A stretch of DNA of 63,985 nucleotides, filler included, from Olpidium bornovanus S191 (taxonomy: Eukaryota > Fungi > Olpidiomycota): NCBI GenBank assembly GCA_017911155.1. It is 28 parts of 28 records of this genome, joined end to end, with 100 filler letters (N's around TTAATTAATTAA, not from the genome) between each part and the next. Parts side by side here need not be neighbours in the genome. Positions count along the whole stretch, not along the records: positions 6,052 to 12,216 come from JAEFCI010006519.1; positions 12,317 to 15,663 come from JAEFCI010002070.1; positions 15,764 to 17,169 come from JAEFCI010003820.1; positions 17,270 to 19,015 come from JAEFCI010012759.1; positions 19,116 to 20,745 come from JAEFCI010007343.1; positions 20,846 to 27,408 come from JAEFCI010007048.1; 22 more parts are not named here. One strand, 5' to 3'. Below the pieces are notes generated by a model. It made no database searches and was not told where the DNA came from. It was given only the letters and a program-made list of their open reading frames with translations. Position numbers and translations under genes: made by a program. Positions 12,178 to 22,612 of this stretch are shown in pieces (position 1 is the stretch's first letter; every line of letters begins with the position of its first letter).

Positions 12178-12666
12178 GTAAGTGGGAGGGGGGGGGGGGG
12201 GGGGGGGGGCATGTCANNNNNNNNNNNNNNNNNNNNNNNNNNNNNNNNNNNNNNNNNNNNTTAATTAATTAANNNNNNNNNNNNNNNNNNNNNNNNNNNN
12301 NNNNNNNNNNNNNNNNCGCATGGATGTTTGGGACACGCACGGATCTTTCGGCACCATTCGGCGGACCAGTTGGGGGCTGTGCGGTGGCGAGTATGACGGT
12401 AAGGATGTCTCTGGCTCCTCGTTTTTTCGGCGACTGTCGATAGTTTTGGGCCGATTATTGATGATTGCGAATAAGTACGCAAAACCAAGCACGTCTTCGC
12501 TTGAGCCCGGCGGGAATTACGGGTGCCCGCACCGGAAAATTGCGTCCTCAGCCCGGTTGTATAGATGGTGAATCTCGTCCTCCTTTGTAGACGTCGTCAT
12601 CTGGCGTCGCCCGAGAACCCGCTGCTCCGCCAGCTACGAAAGAGAAACGGACACGAAACGTGCGTT

Positions 12667-13966
12667 TTAGTCCAAAACTCGGTTCGTCGACCGCCCAAGA
12701 CGGCCCCCAAAGACCGGCTTTCCGGACCGGGGCGCTTTTTGTTGGCCGACCTTCCACAACCTCTCGGCGATTGTTTCGGTGCGACGCCTGGTTTCGTCCC
12801 TGTCGAACCTGTATTGTCGAACAACCGGCGACTCGTCTTCGGCAAGCTCGTTCCGCTCGCGCCCCTCGGCGGTCATTGTTGCCGGGCCGACGGCAGCCTG
12901 CGGCGGCCTGAGGTCTGCAGGGGGCTCGGCCGCTGCGAGGTCGGCGGGACTCGCCGGCGCAGCAGCAGCAGCCTGCACGGAGCCGTCCTCCCCATCATCA
13001 ACGGGGTGCGCCGCCGTCGCTGCTTTCGGCCCGGCCGCAGCGTGTCGCGCCGTCGCCGCCGCCGCCGACGTCGCACCGGGCCGCCGAACCTCGGAAAGCG
13101 ATCTTCGGCGAGGCGGCACGCGCGGCTCGGTCTCGATCTCGGGCTCGCCGCCGCCTGCGGGCTTTGCCGCAACGTTGTGAGGCGGCGGAGGCGGGTGACC
13201 GCGACATCGGCCTCCTCCTCTTCCTTCGACTCCGACGGCGGCGGCGGCGGGAGGGACGCCCGTGTCAAGGTCGTCTGTGAGATGTTTGTACCGGGCCAGG
13301 ACCTGGAGGTGCGAGAGAGGACTGGCACCGTGGCCCGCTCGAACGTACTGTTGAGATATTTGCCGGGAGGGAGGTGCGGGAGAGGGGGTGTGGGGGAACG
13401 GCGCAGAAGGATCGAGGTTAATGGTGGACCGACACAGGCGCGGGCTCACAAACACTCCCAGACCCGCCCTCTAAGAAGGCAAGGCGGCGGGCGGCGGTCT
13501 CGGGCGGGCGAGCGGCTCTTAGAAGTACGGCCCGCTTTGACCTGTTGCACCACCGCCCCCTCGATGCTGTCGTCGGACGCGGAATCGGTTTCGACCGGTC
13601 TGGAAATGGGAAAAAAAAAACCAAAAAAAGGAATTGGAGCGGAGGGGAGGAGAGGTTTGTGTTCGAATACGACACGTTTCGGGGAGCCCGGGCGGGGAAC
13701 GAGAATCAAGGAGAGCGAGGAAGACCCGTTGATTCATCAGATCCCCGCGGGGTTCGGGGCGGGGGGAAGCGGGGAGCGGGGGGAAATGAGAAGCGGGGCC
13801 ACGCTTCACCGCCGCCGCCCTCTCTTCCTGTCTGTCTCCCTCACCTCCGGAAGCCGCGTCCCTCCACGCACATGTCCTGCTCGTCGTCGCGGTGGCGGCG
13901 CAGGGGATCTGGGCGGCGCAGCTTGCGAAGGCGCCTGTAGTGGTACGAGTTGTACAGCGCCCACAT
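12667..13966 (-). CDS. Hypothetical low-complexity spliced protein
   Basis: ATG at 13966 after a poly-A tract. The first two exons (MWALYNSYHY...GFRR|PVETDSASDD...) join in phase through GTGAG/CAG sites. The downstream frame is uncertain and no family is recognised. Confidence 0.3.
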
Positions 13967-13968
13967 TT

Positions 13969-14010
<42 letters not shown>

Positions 14011-14125
14011 GTTTCGGCGTGTTTCCCGTCCGTCGGGGGGAAGCTGCGGGAAAGTCGGGGCAGAAAACGGGCGTGACGGGGCTTCCCACTGTCGAAAAGC
14101 GCACTCGCCCCACGCCGACCCCCCC

Positions 14126-14285
14126 TGTTAGGAATTAAAGGGGAAACCGAGCTACCGTAGCCCACTGCGCGCACCCCGCCCCGGACATTTTTTCCCTCTT
14201 CTATGTAAAACCCGGCAGATCGGCGGAATACAGAAGCTCTTTGAGCTCCTCTCAAAACCCATAATATTCTACAGGTTATGAGCCC
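14126..14285 (+). mobile_element. Short LTR (14126-14273, 148 bp) immediately followed by a copia/Ty5-type half-tRNA-iMet PBS GGTTATGAGCCC (14274-14285)
   Basis: Termini TGTTAGGAAT...ATTCTACA form an imperfect inverted repeat. GGTTATGAGCCC is the complement of the initiator tRNA-Met anticodon arm (GGGCUCAUAACC). Confidence 0.75.
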
Positions 14286-14318
14286 AAACCGTTGACTTCC
14301 CGTCCAACCACCACTGCT

Positions 14319-14628
14319 CGCCGTCCGTCGGCGCTCGCGAAAAGAAGCCGTCCGTCGGCACTTGCAAAGAAAAGCCGTCCGTCGGCGCTCGCGGAGAGGA
14401 GGAGAAGAAGAAGCCGTTAGTCGGTGTACCGCTCACCGTTCGTCGGCGCACCGCTCGCCGTCCGCCGCTCGCCGTCCGTCGGCGCCCCGCTCTCGCCGTC
14501 CGTCGGCGCCCCGCTCTCGCCGTCCGTCGGCGCCCCGCTCTCGCCGTCCGTCGGCGCACCACTGCTCTCGCCGTTCGTCGGCTCACCGCTCCCATCGTCC
14601 GGCACACCCCTCCCGCCGTCCGTCGGCG
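14319..14628 (+). repeat. About 11 copies of the palindromic motif CGCCG-TCCGT-CGGCG, with a 24-bp tandem core at 14470-14560
   Basis: Seen directly; each copy can form a 5-bp stem with a 5-nt loop. Confidence 0.85.
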
Positions 14629-14794
14629 CTCGCAAAAAAAAAAAAAAAAAAAAAAACTCTCTCAAAAAAGAAAGGGGGGGAGGGGGGCGGAGGGAGAAGG
14701 AGCGAAAGCCCGTCTGCGACTACGAGAAACGCCACTCGTTAGCACAGCCCTCGCAGCAAGGAACGCCACCGGTTGGGAACGAAGAGGGCCAACC

Positions 14795-15663
14795 ATGCGG
14801 CCGCAACACCTACACCCCGTGCGGCAGACAATGCGCCATGCTCGAGCTGAAGGAACTACAACGCCAGAAGGAGAACCACTGTCAACTGAAGCCTACGGAA
14901 CCCCGGAACGAAGAAAACGCCCAAGTACCGTTGAGAACCATGGGCGTGTCGCAAGAAGCGCCTCCAGAGACTCCATATTGACCAGTGCGCCAAGAGTTTC
15001 CCAACTCTCCGCAAAGGCTCAACAAATCGTAGATTCGGTGCTCCTCCGCCACGAACAAACTCAAAAAGAAATTGAACGTGATAACCAATGAAGAGAGCTG
15101 GAAGAACTCAAAAGGCAGGTCGCAGACTTACAAGAAGAGAAGTCGACCATGGCACAGGAGCTCGAGGACTATGGCGACACAGTCAAGGAACTCTCTGACG
15201 AAGGCAGATACAGTACACACAAGGCTGAGCGAAAGGCCAAAGGAGTCCTGGACTTTGCTGTGACTGCGCTGCTCAACTCCATGCCGATATACACAGGAGC
15301 TGGTGGTGCTATCGCCATCATGACCTTTATTACCAAAATGGAGAAAGCCATCCAAGCCGCGCAATTCAACGAGCAAGTGGCCCTGGCCTTGGCAGTCAAC
15401 AAACTGGGAGGACAAGCGGCAATACTCTGGCTCACCCATGCCAAGGACAACCTGCCGGGTAGCCCCAGACGATGGACTACTTGGAGTGGCCTGAAGGATG
15501 CCTTAAACGATCACTTCTTCCCAAGGGAACATTACAGAGCAATGGAAAAAACTCTGACCAATCTCTCCCAAAGTAAGTGTGGGGACCTCGAGAAATACAT
15601 TGAGCAGTTCAATGAACTGCCGCCACCGAAGAACGAGCCATACTGGACGATAAAATTCCATGA
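14795..15663 (+). pseudogene. Ty3/gypsy gag (coiled coil + Retrotrans_gag capsid) with an in-frame TGA at 15089
   Basis: MPIYTG...FITKMEKAI...ALAVNKLGGQAAILW...TWSGLKDALNDHFFP...LTNLSQ...LEKYIEQFNEL. The ORF at 14795 continues in frame past TGA into ORF 15149. Confidence 0.8.
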
Positions 15664-15812
15664 NNNNNNNNNNNNNNNNNNNNNNNNNNNNNNNNNNNNN
15701 NNNNNNNTTAATTAATTAANNNNNNNNNNNNNNNNNNNNNNNNNNNNNNNNNNNNNNNNNNNNTGCCCGGCAGAAAACAAATATCGAGCTTCCGCGAAAA
15801 GAAATTTCCCAC

Positions 15813-17004
15813 CTGAAGGAATCTTTAAACTGCAGATCCGTGTTATTGGACTTCGAGTAGGACACGAATATATTCATTCCCATGATGGCAAAGATATAGG
15901 CGACGATGAGGAGCAGCAGCATGATGAACGCCATGGCCTGCGAGGTTTTTTTTTTGAAAGGCTTTTAGAAGCCGCAAACTTCCTAGCGCTGCGCGAACCT
16001 TCCCTTTTTTTTTTGCGGGGCATAGGGGCTGCCCACGAGACGGAAAAATGTAAGTCTATTTCTTTTTCGTCGCATACTCGGAAGGCCTCGACGATGGTCA
16101 TGACGATGATTTTTAGACTCCCAAACCGCACGATCTGCGCGCGCGCGGAAAAAACGATTTATGTCAGATCGTTGGTCACAGGCCTTTTTTTTTGGGGATG
16201 GGGGCAGGAGGGGGTGGGATCGGGGGCCGAGTTTGTTCTGATGGCCCGAAAGGGACGTTTTCTTTTCTCTGGACTTAATTTTCTATACCATTTTTATGGT
16301 TCTCAACACGCGAAGTGTTCGGATCTCGCCTGCAATCGTTCCTAAGTTGCGGGCGTTAGAACTTCCGTTCGCGAGCGTCAAAATTTCCGGAATGGCAGAC
16401 TATTTTTTTTGGTTAAGCCAAAAACGAGAATGGAAATAGAACAAATTTCAACGAAGGAAACGCAATGTGCAATGTGAGGAAAGGTGAGGTCGAGCTTTAT
16501 CTCTTTCTTTCCCTCTCCACCAAATTATGGAACGCAGTTGTTCCTGTTGGCAACAAAAAAGAAATTCCGTACCAAAATGGTGATCACGAAGTCGACCACG
16601 TTCCATCCCTCGTTCCAAAACCCCGCGAAGTTGTCCAGCCATCGCAGACCGATCTCAATCGAAAAGATGCAGAGCGAGAACTTGTCGACGACCGACACGA
16701 ACGCAAAGAATGTCCAATACTCGTTTTCCTTGCTCTGGAGCTCTGCGCGCCGCAGGTCGGTTGGTGGGGGTGGGGAACGAATACCAGGCCGATGGTCCGA
16801 AATGAAAATATAATTCCGAATTAGGACAACGGAGGAAATATGAGCAGGTGGGGCGGAGCGGAAATCGACATTCCGCACGCGCGCCGCGCGCCCGCCCCCG
16901 CCTCGCTTGCCACACGCACACGCACACAACATTACCGGCTGATATTCCGACGAGGACGGACGTGAACAATATGAGGAAAAGGACGAAGTTTTGGAACAGC
17001 GGTG
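15813..17004 (-). CDS. CatSper-like (closest to CatSper2-type) 6TM voltage-gated cation channel, S1-S5 fragment; exons 17004-16936, 16742-16573, 16399-16289, 16134-16078, 15937-15813
   Basis: PLFQNFVLFLILFTSVLVGISA|ELQSKENEYW...IFSIEIGLRWLDNFAGFWNEGWNVVDFVITIL|SAIPEIL...EIRTLRVLRTIKM|IVRFGSLKIIVMTIVEAFR|AMAFIMLLLLIVAYIFAIMGMNIFVSYSKSNNTDLQFKDSF; S4 arginines present; all junctions are GT-AG and in phase. Confidence 0.75.
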
Positions 17005-17400
17005 CTGAAAGGAAGGTGGGGTCGGGGGGGTTAGGGGGGGGGGGGGGGGAGGGGGGGGGGGGGGGGGGGGGTGGGGGGGGGGGGGGGGAAAGCCGGGAGG
17101 GCGCGAGGAGCCCGAGCAATAACGTATCAGCCGCGAATCGACCCCCTTTTCCATCCCCCTTTTTTCCCANNNNNNNNNNNNNNNNNNNNNNNNNNNNNNN
17201 NNNNNNNNNNNNNTTAATTAATTAANNNNNNNNNNNNNNNNNNNNNNNNNNNNNNNNNNNNNNNNNNNNCAATTCCAAAAAAGTGACACGTCAGAAAGAG
17301 CCTGAAGTACCTGCTCAACGTTCTCTGGTTGGCTGAACTGCGCTCTATGGCGGAAGGTCTACCCATGGTGAACTACATAGTCATGAGAGACGGCAGGAAC

Positions 17401-17402
<2 letters not shown>

Positions 17403-17437
<35 letters not shown>
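17403..17437. repeat. (GT)n microsatellite
   Basis: About 17 GT units. Confidence 0.9.
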
Positions 17438-17441
<4 letters not shown>

Positions 17442-17555
17442 TCGGCGTTTGGGGAGCGTTCTGTAGTTGTGAAAGTCACCGTCAACCTCCGAAACGTTGA
17501 AGTTTTGGCTTAAAAAAAAATTTTTTTTGAAACGAAATTGAAACAATTGTTGAGT

Positions 17556-17652
17556 CTAGGCGACCTGCACCATAGTCACTTTGTTTCTGGCGGCGTAACG
17601 TCGTTTTGACTCTGGCGCCCGCGACCTCGGGTATATATAACCACTCGAAATA

Positions 17653-17694
<42 letters not shown>

Positions 17695-17778
17695 ATCAAC
17701 GCGAGCTGATGAGTTGCGCTTACGAGGAATTCCTCGTTGAAGTTCAATAATTGCAATGGACAAATTATCCCCAACACG
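17556..17778 (-). rRNA. Isolated, decayed 3' fragment of eukaryotic 18S rRNA (pseudogene)
   Basis: 17653-17778 is the reverse complement of ...GAGGAATTCCTCGTAAGCGC..CATCAG..GCGTTGATTACGTCCCTGCCCTTTGTACACACCGCCCGTCGCTACTACCG (universal 1391/1392 region). The helix 44/45 region is shortened and divergent, and no upstream 18S sequence is evident. Confidence 0.85.
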
Positions 17779-18115
17779 TCCTCGGCCTTTCCGAAATGGA
17801 GGCTGATGAGGGTGGTCTGTTCGTTGACTTTGCTGCCGCGCGGCCGGCGGCTATCCGCCTTAGCAGTCGCTTAGATCCGTCCCTCGCAGGACCCCCACCC
17901 GCCCACACTACCCTACGATAAGCACATATGTGGGGTTTCGTCCCTGTTTACTCAACTGTTCCTAAAGCCATTTAATTAAGGTATAGATTAAATATTATAC
18001 AATACTTCATTCGCAAAGCTTGGCGGCTTCTTATTTTCTCTCTTTCTGTAGGAAGCGGGCTAGAAAATATTCCCGCTTGATTCAGAGATGATGAAGCCCC
18101 GGTGGGCGATTAGTT

Positions 18116-19008
18116 TTACAAGCGCGAAGCACAATGCGCATCAACAGCGACGGCGGTCAGCCAAGGGACAAGCTCTGTCTCCTCCGGCGTGCTCAGGTAA
18201 CCAGACTTGGGATCGAACATCGCGAGAAGACGGTCGAGAGTAGTTTGGGTAAGCCGTGGGGTTGGCTTGCTCTGGAATGCAGAGATGCGAACGAAAATTT
18301 TTTAAGCGGGAAGAGGAGGGAGGGGGTGGGGTTTGGGAGGTGGGGGGAGGAGGGGGGAGGGGCAGGCGGTTAGGACGCTCAAAGCAGGCGATACCCCCCT
18401 TCCTCTCTCGCGCATTGCCTTACCGCGGTCTGTTCGGGAGTGTCGCCCGCAGCGAAATCTGCCGAGGCACACGTTCTCCGAGGGCTGGCGGAGAGCTCCT
18501 TCTCAATCGTGGCGAGCAGCAGGTTGTACGAGGCCCCCGCGTCGTCGTAGTTTGCGGAATTGGCCCTGCTTTTGTTGGGGCCTGTCTTGCATTTGGACAG
18601 CTTCTGGCGGACGCCCTGGATTTGCTTCTGAATCTGGGCGGTGACCGTCGACTGCAGCATCGCGAGCAGAATCACGATCCCCTCGTCACCCGCTGACGAA
18701 CCGGCCCTGCGCAGCTGCGGATCTTTGCCGCCGGGCTTCTCTGGCGATGATGATGATGTTCCGCCCTGCTTTTCCGGCCGAGAGTCGCGGCCGACTTTTG
18801 CAAACACCGCGCACCCCACGGCGTCAAACGGCACGCCCGCCCAGCTCCGCGGAAGCCGGTTGAGCCACGCGACGCCAGCGGCCGGGCCGCCCGGCATGAG
18901 GGCGCCGGACCGCAAGTCCGGCGGGTCCTTGTGCCGGCAGTCCGAGAACGTGGCCGAGATGGAAGCCAGCAGTTGGTGAAGCATCCGCGCGCGGCGATGG
19001 AGGGCCAT
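18116..19008 (-). CDS. Hypothetical protein, 3' portion
   Basis: Long protein-like frame (ILLAMLQSTVTAQIQKQIQGVRQKL...YNLLLATIEKEL) plus a possible last exon QTTLDRLLAMFDPKSG...*. No family recognised. Confidence 0.3.
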
Positions 19009-19115
19009 CGCGTAANNNNNNNNNNNNNNNNNNNNNNNNNNNNNNNNNNNNNNNNNNNNTTAATTAATTAANNNNNNNNNNNNNNNNNNNNNNNNNNNNN
19101 NNNNNNNNNNNNNNN

Positions 19116-19147
<32 letters not shown>

Positions 19148-19186
19148 CCCCCCCCCCCCCCCCCCCCCCCACCCCCCAAAGAAAAC

Positions 19187-19222
<36 letters not shown>

Positions 19223-19799
19223 CCCGAGGGCGCGCGGGGATTAAAGCGGGGTCTGCTTTTTGCGAAGGCGTCACATAATCGAGAACACCCGCGCGGCAAG
19301 CCAAAATCTGACAACACCGTCATTTCTCCGCCGACGTTTTTGGATCTGCCCGGTTCTCGGCGTTCTCTGTAAAGCGAATCCCACTGCTGTGTTTGAAGCG
19401 GTTGTGGGTTGATGAAAGATGTCGCCGGGGCAGTCGCAGACCTTTTGCCGTATGAGGAGGAGGTGTAGTGGACCGCCCTTCATCGATATCGATACCTCCT
19501 CCCTTCGACGCCGGCCTCTATTGCATCAAAAGCCACGTTGGATTACACTCTGCAGGTTAAATCAATATGAACAGTGTTTACTGAAATTCCTTGTTACAGC
19601 AGCCGAAGACGATCCCCTCAACATTGGCAGCTCCCTACTCAAAATGTTTGTCTTGCTCAGATGCCTCCTGAATAACAAGTCGTATTGGCTGCCAATAAAC
19701 TCGCAGGCACCCCAGCCAATCTCTGGTTTTCTCACCTTGCAAATATCCCGATTCGAAATGGCCTGATATAAAGGCGCTTTTGAATACTTATTTTGCGCA

Positions 19800-20482
19800 T
19801 GGTTCTGAATCCATCAATGCCAGCATAAGTCTACGCTCACTAAAGCAGACTGACAGTCCGCTACACTGCCCAACTCAACACTCAGGCTGCTCTCCTCGAC
19901 GGCGAGATACATGGACATGCCTTCCTGTCCAATACCTCGACAACTAATGATACCGTCCGTCGGGCCATTTCCGCTGTCCCTGGATACCCTGCAGACACCA
20001 CAGTCTGCCAGCAAGCGGCTCTGCAATATGATGCGGTAATGCAGATCAATTCACATCCTTCCACTTGTGCGCCCTATACTTCGTCTCATTCCAATTCCAA
20101 TCCCAGTACTTCTTGCCATCAGTCACGCCACGGGAGGATGTACACGAGCTCCAAACAGACTGATAGCCGCGCTTCTGTTGGCCGTACGCCTGATGGCAGT
20201 ACGCCTGCCACTCAGCCAGGACACCCTACCATCGGAAACGGTAAAGCCTCATTTTCCCTCTGCGACTCTCCGGACTATTCTTCCTGGCAATTGCCCCTTG
20301 ATCCCAGCCGATCTCCAAGCCACAACTGCTGCGCATCGCGATCACCGCCGCCCCGTGCCCTCCACACAAGCCGCACCACGTCCACCGCAGCCGGCGCAAT
20401 TCCTCAGGCGACCTGTGCTTTTTCAGACCATTTTTCCAAAGATCGCGACATCATCCTTGATTCGGGCACCACTGACCACATC
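19800..20482 (+). pseudogene. Ty1/copia gag-protease relic
   Basis: Copia protease-like motif IILDSGTTDHI at 20450-20482, preceded by a decayed zinc-knuckle-like segment (SLCDSPDYSSWQ). Frames are interrupted. Confidence 0.55.
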
Positions 20483-20695
20483 GTGGTTGTAGTCGGTTTA
20501 TTCGGTCTAGCACGATCCGCCACCCATGGAGACAGAGTTCCAGGCATGGGAACCGGTGACGGAGACCGGCGTGAAGAAAGGGGGGTACAGTTGCACGGTC
20601 TGTTGCGGTTTGAGAAGGTTTGGCCGAGACCGAGGAGGAACTTACCTTGTCCCGAGTGCCGTTCAGCGAGGGAACGCGGACGGGTGTGTGTGTGT

Positions 20696-20726
<31 letters not shown>

Positions 20727-20845
20727 GGTGGGTTGGTGGGGTGGGNNNNNNNNNNNNNNNNNNNNNNNNNNNNNNNNNNNNNNNNNNNNTTAATTAATTA
20801 ANNNNNNNNNNNNNNNNNNNNNNNNNNNNNNNNNNNNNNNNNNNN

Positions 20846-21339
20846 CAGGACGCCCAGGCCAAGCAGTATAATCGACCGCGTCGGGACCAGGCCTTCCGAC
20901 GCGGGGACTCCGTGATGATTGACCGCAGTGGGATCGATCTCCGGAATACGACACTGGCCGTCAAGTACCGAGCCCGCTACCCCGGCCCCTACCAGGTCAA
21001 GGAGTACTGGCGAACAACAACTACCGTTTGGACCTGCCGATGGGAGTGCTGTTGCATCCCGTCTTCCGCACCAGCGTCCTCCGGCCCTACCGTAGTCCCG
21101 CCGAGATCCCGGTCTCACGAACCGTCACCTGACCCGACCCTATTGACGCGGCGGGAAACAACTTCGAAGTTGAATGAGTCGTCGGACGACGTCGACGCCA
21201 AGGACGAACCCAATACCTTGTCCGCTGGAAGGGCTACGACGCGTCCGAGGACACGTGGGAAGCGACCAAACATTTCCGGAGTGCTCGACAAGCCGTGCGC
21301 AAGTTCCCCACGCAAAACCCCGTCCTGGATAAGACGTAA
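20846..21339 (+). pseudogene. Chromovirus (Ty3/gypsy) integrase C-terminus with GPY/F motif and chromodomain
   Basis: F..GDSVMI...KYRARYPGPYQV [frameshift] NNNYRLDLP...LHPVF..SVLRPY ... FEVE*VV...TQYLVRWKGYDASEDTWE; stops at 21130 and 21175; terminal TAA at 21337-21339. Confidence 0.88.
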
Positions 21340-21793
21340 AACTCTCCACACCATCGACGGCCGTCCTAGACAGGACGTAACACTGTCTAAACCAACACGA
21401 CCGGCGTCGCCGACAACCATGGTGACCGACGTCCTAGACAGGACGCAAAACTGTCTACTCCCCACAACTGGCGCTACGTCCTAGACAAGACGTAAAACTG
21501 CCTTCGGCGACCGACCACGCCGAGACTGGGACCCGGGTAGGCCCTTAAAATACCTGCGGCTTCCCGACAAGAAGCTGTGACGACCTCGGCAGGTCGTAAA
21601 ACTGCCTCAACTCGAAGCGACCTCGGCAGGTCGTAAAACTGCCTCAACTCGAAGCGACCTCGGCAGGTCGTAAAACTGCCTCAACTCGAAGCGACTTCGG
21701 CAGGTCATAAAACTGCCTCAACTCGAAGCGACCTCGGCAGGTCGAAAAACTGCCTCAGCTCGAAGCGACCTTGGCAGGTCGAAAAATTGCCTC
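21321..21793 (+). repeat. Array of 10 palindrome+TAAAACTG modules: four CGTCCT-N4-AGGACG type with variable spacers, then six 37-bp tandem CGACCT-CGGC-AGGTCG type
   Basis: Module starts at 21321, 21362, 21430, 21477, 21581, 21618, 21655, 21692, 21729 and 21766. Confidence 0.9.
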
Positions 21794-22022
21794 GACCATC
21801 CAGGCGGCGATGGGGGGGGCAGACGTTTTCTGCTAGTCTGAACAAGACCCCCCCCCCCCGCGCCGCCGAACCAACGAGACTGCGGCTGAGCCCAACGGCT
21901 CTTCCCCTCGGGCTGTCTGGAGACAGCAAGTACTCCAGGCATTGTCCGCCCGGCGGTCGAGGGGGTGGAGGACGACACGCCGCAACAAGACTTTCCGCAG
22001 GCGGAAAGTACGGGGGGTGTGC

Positions 22023-22557
22023 TGTGGCACGGCCCTTGAACCGCCCGTCGACCGACGCCACGAAAATCGGCGGGCGAAGGTCGAGAGGCGGACGAGAGGC
22101 GGAGGCGGGCAGAGGCGGAGGCGGGATCGAGGGCAGGACGGCCCCCAAACTCAGGGGCCGACCAATAGAATAATCCCCCTTGAAGTCCGCCAATCGAAGA
22201 GCTCCGTCCCCTTCTCCCCCGCCAATCGAAGAGCTTTTCCATCCCCCCCAGCGCCACACGCGGGAACCCCCGCCAACCATCCCCCCCCCCCCCTCAGACT
22301 GCCCCTGCACACCACCGCACGCAATCGTGCGAGAGCTCAGAGTCCCGCGTGGTAACCGCGCGGGAAGGGACCGGACGCACCGCGTCGACAGACGCGACGT
22401 CGAAGAACGGCTTTGCCGTCGACCTGCCCTCTGCCCGACGTCGACGAGCATAAATAGCGCTCCTCCTGCTCCGTAGCTCGACTTCGTAGACACCGCACAA
22501 CTCTTCCCTTTAAACTGCACTGTCAGCCCTCGTCACCTTACCTGTAGCACCGACACA
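22023..22557 (+). mobile_element. Probable 3' LTR of the chromovirus element
   Basis: A purine-rich PPT-like tract (GAAAGTACGGGGGG) lies before TGTG..., a CATAAATA box near 22450, and the end is ...CGACACA. There is no second LTR copy in the window to confirm the bounds. Confidence 0.5.
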
Positions 22558-22612
22558 GACCTGACGAGGAGAGGAATAGACGCGTAACCTTGCCGTAGTA
22601 CACTAACATAAA

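Noticed and set aside
11012-12212. Long poly-K/poly-F/poly-G ORFs in the ORF track (also around 13800-14130, 16500-17200, 33340-33800, 44000-44480, 53550-53940, 60130-60970)
   Set aside because: They are translations of homopolymer tracts or antisense shadows of real GC-rich genes.
17790-17830. Hammerhead ribozyme core (GAAA...CTGATGAG)
   Set aside because: The required stems I-III cannot be formed at the available spacing.
21321-21793. CRISPR array (palindromic repeats with variable spacers)
   Set aside because: Eukaryotic retroelement context, no cas genes, irregular spacer lengths (13-80 nt), and the later spacers are identical tandem copies.
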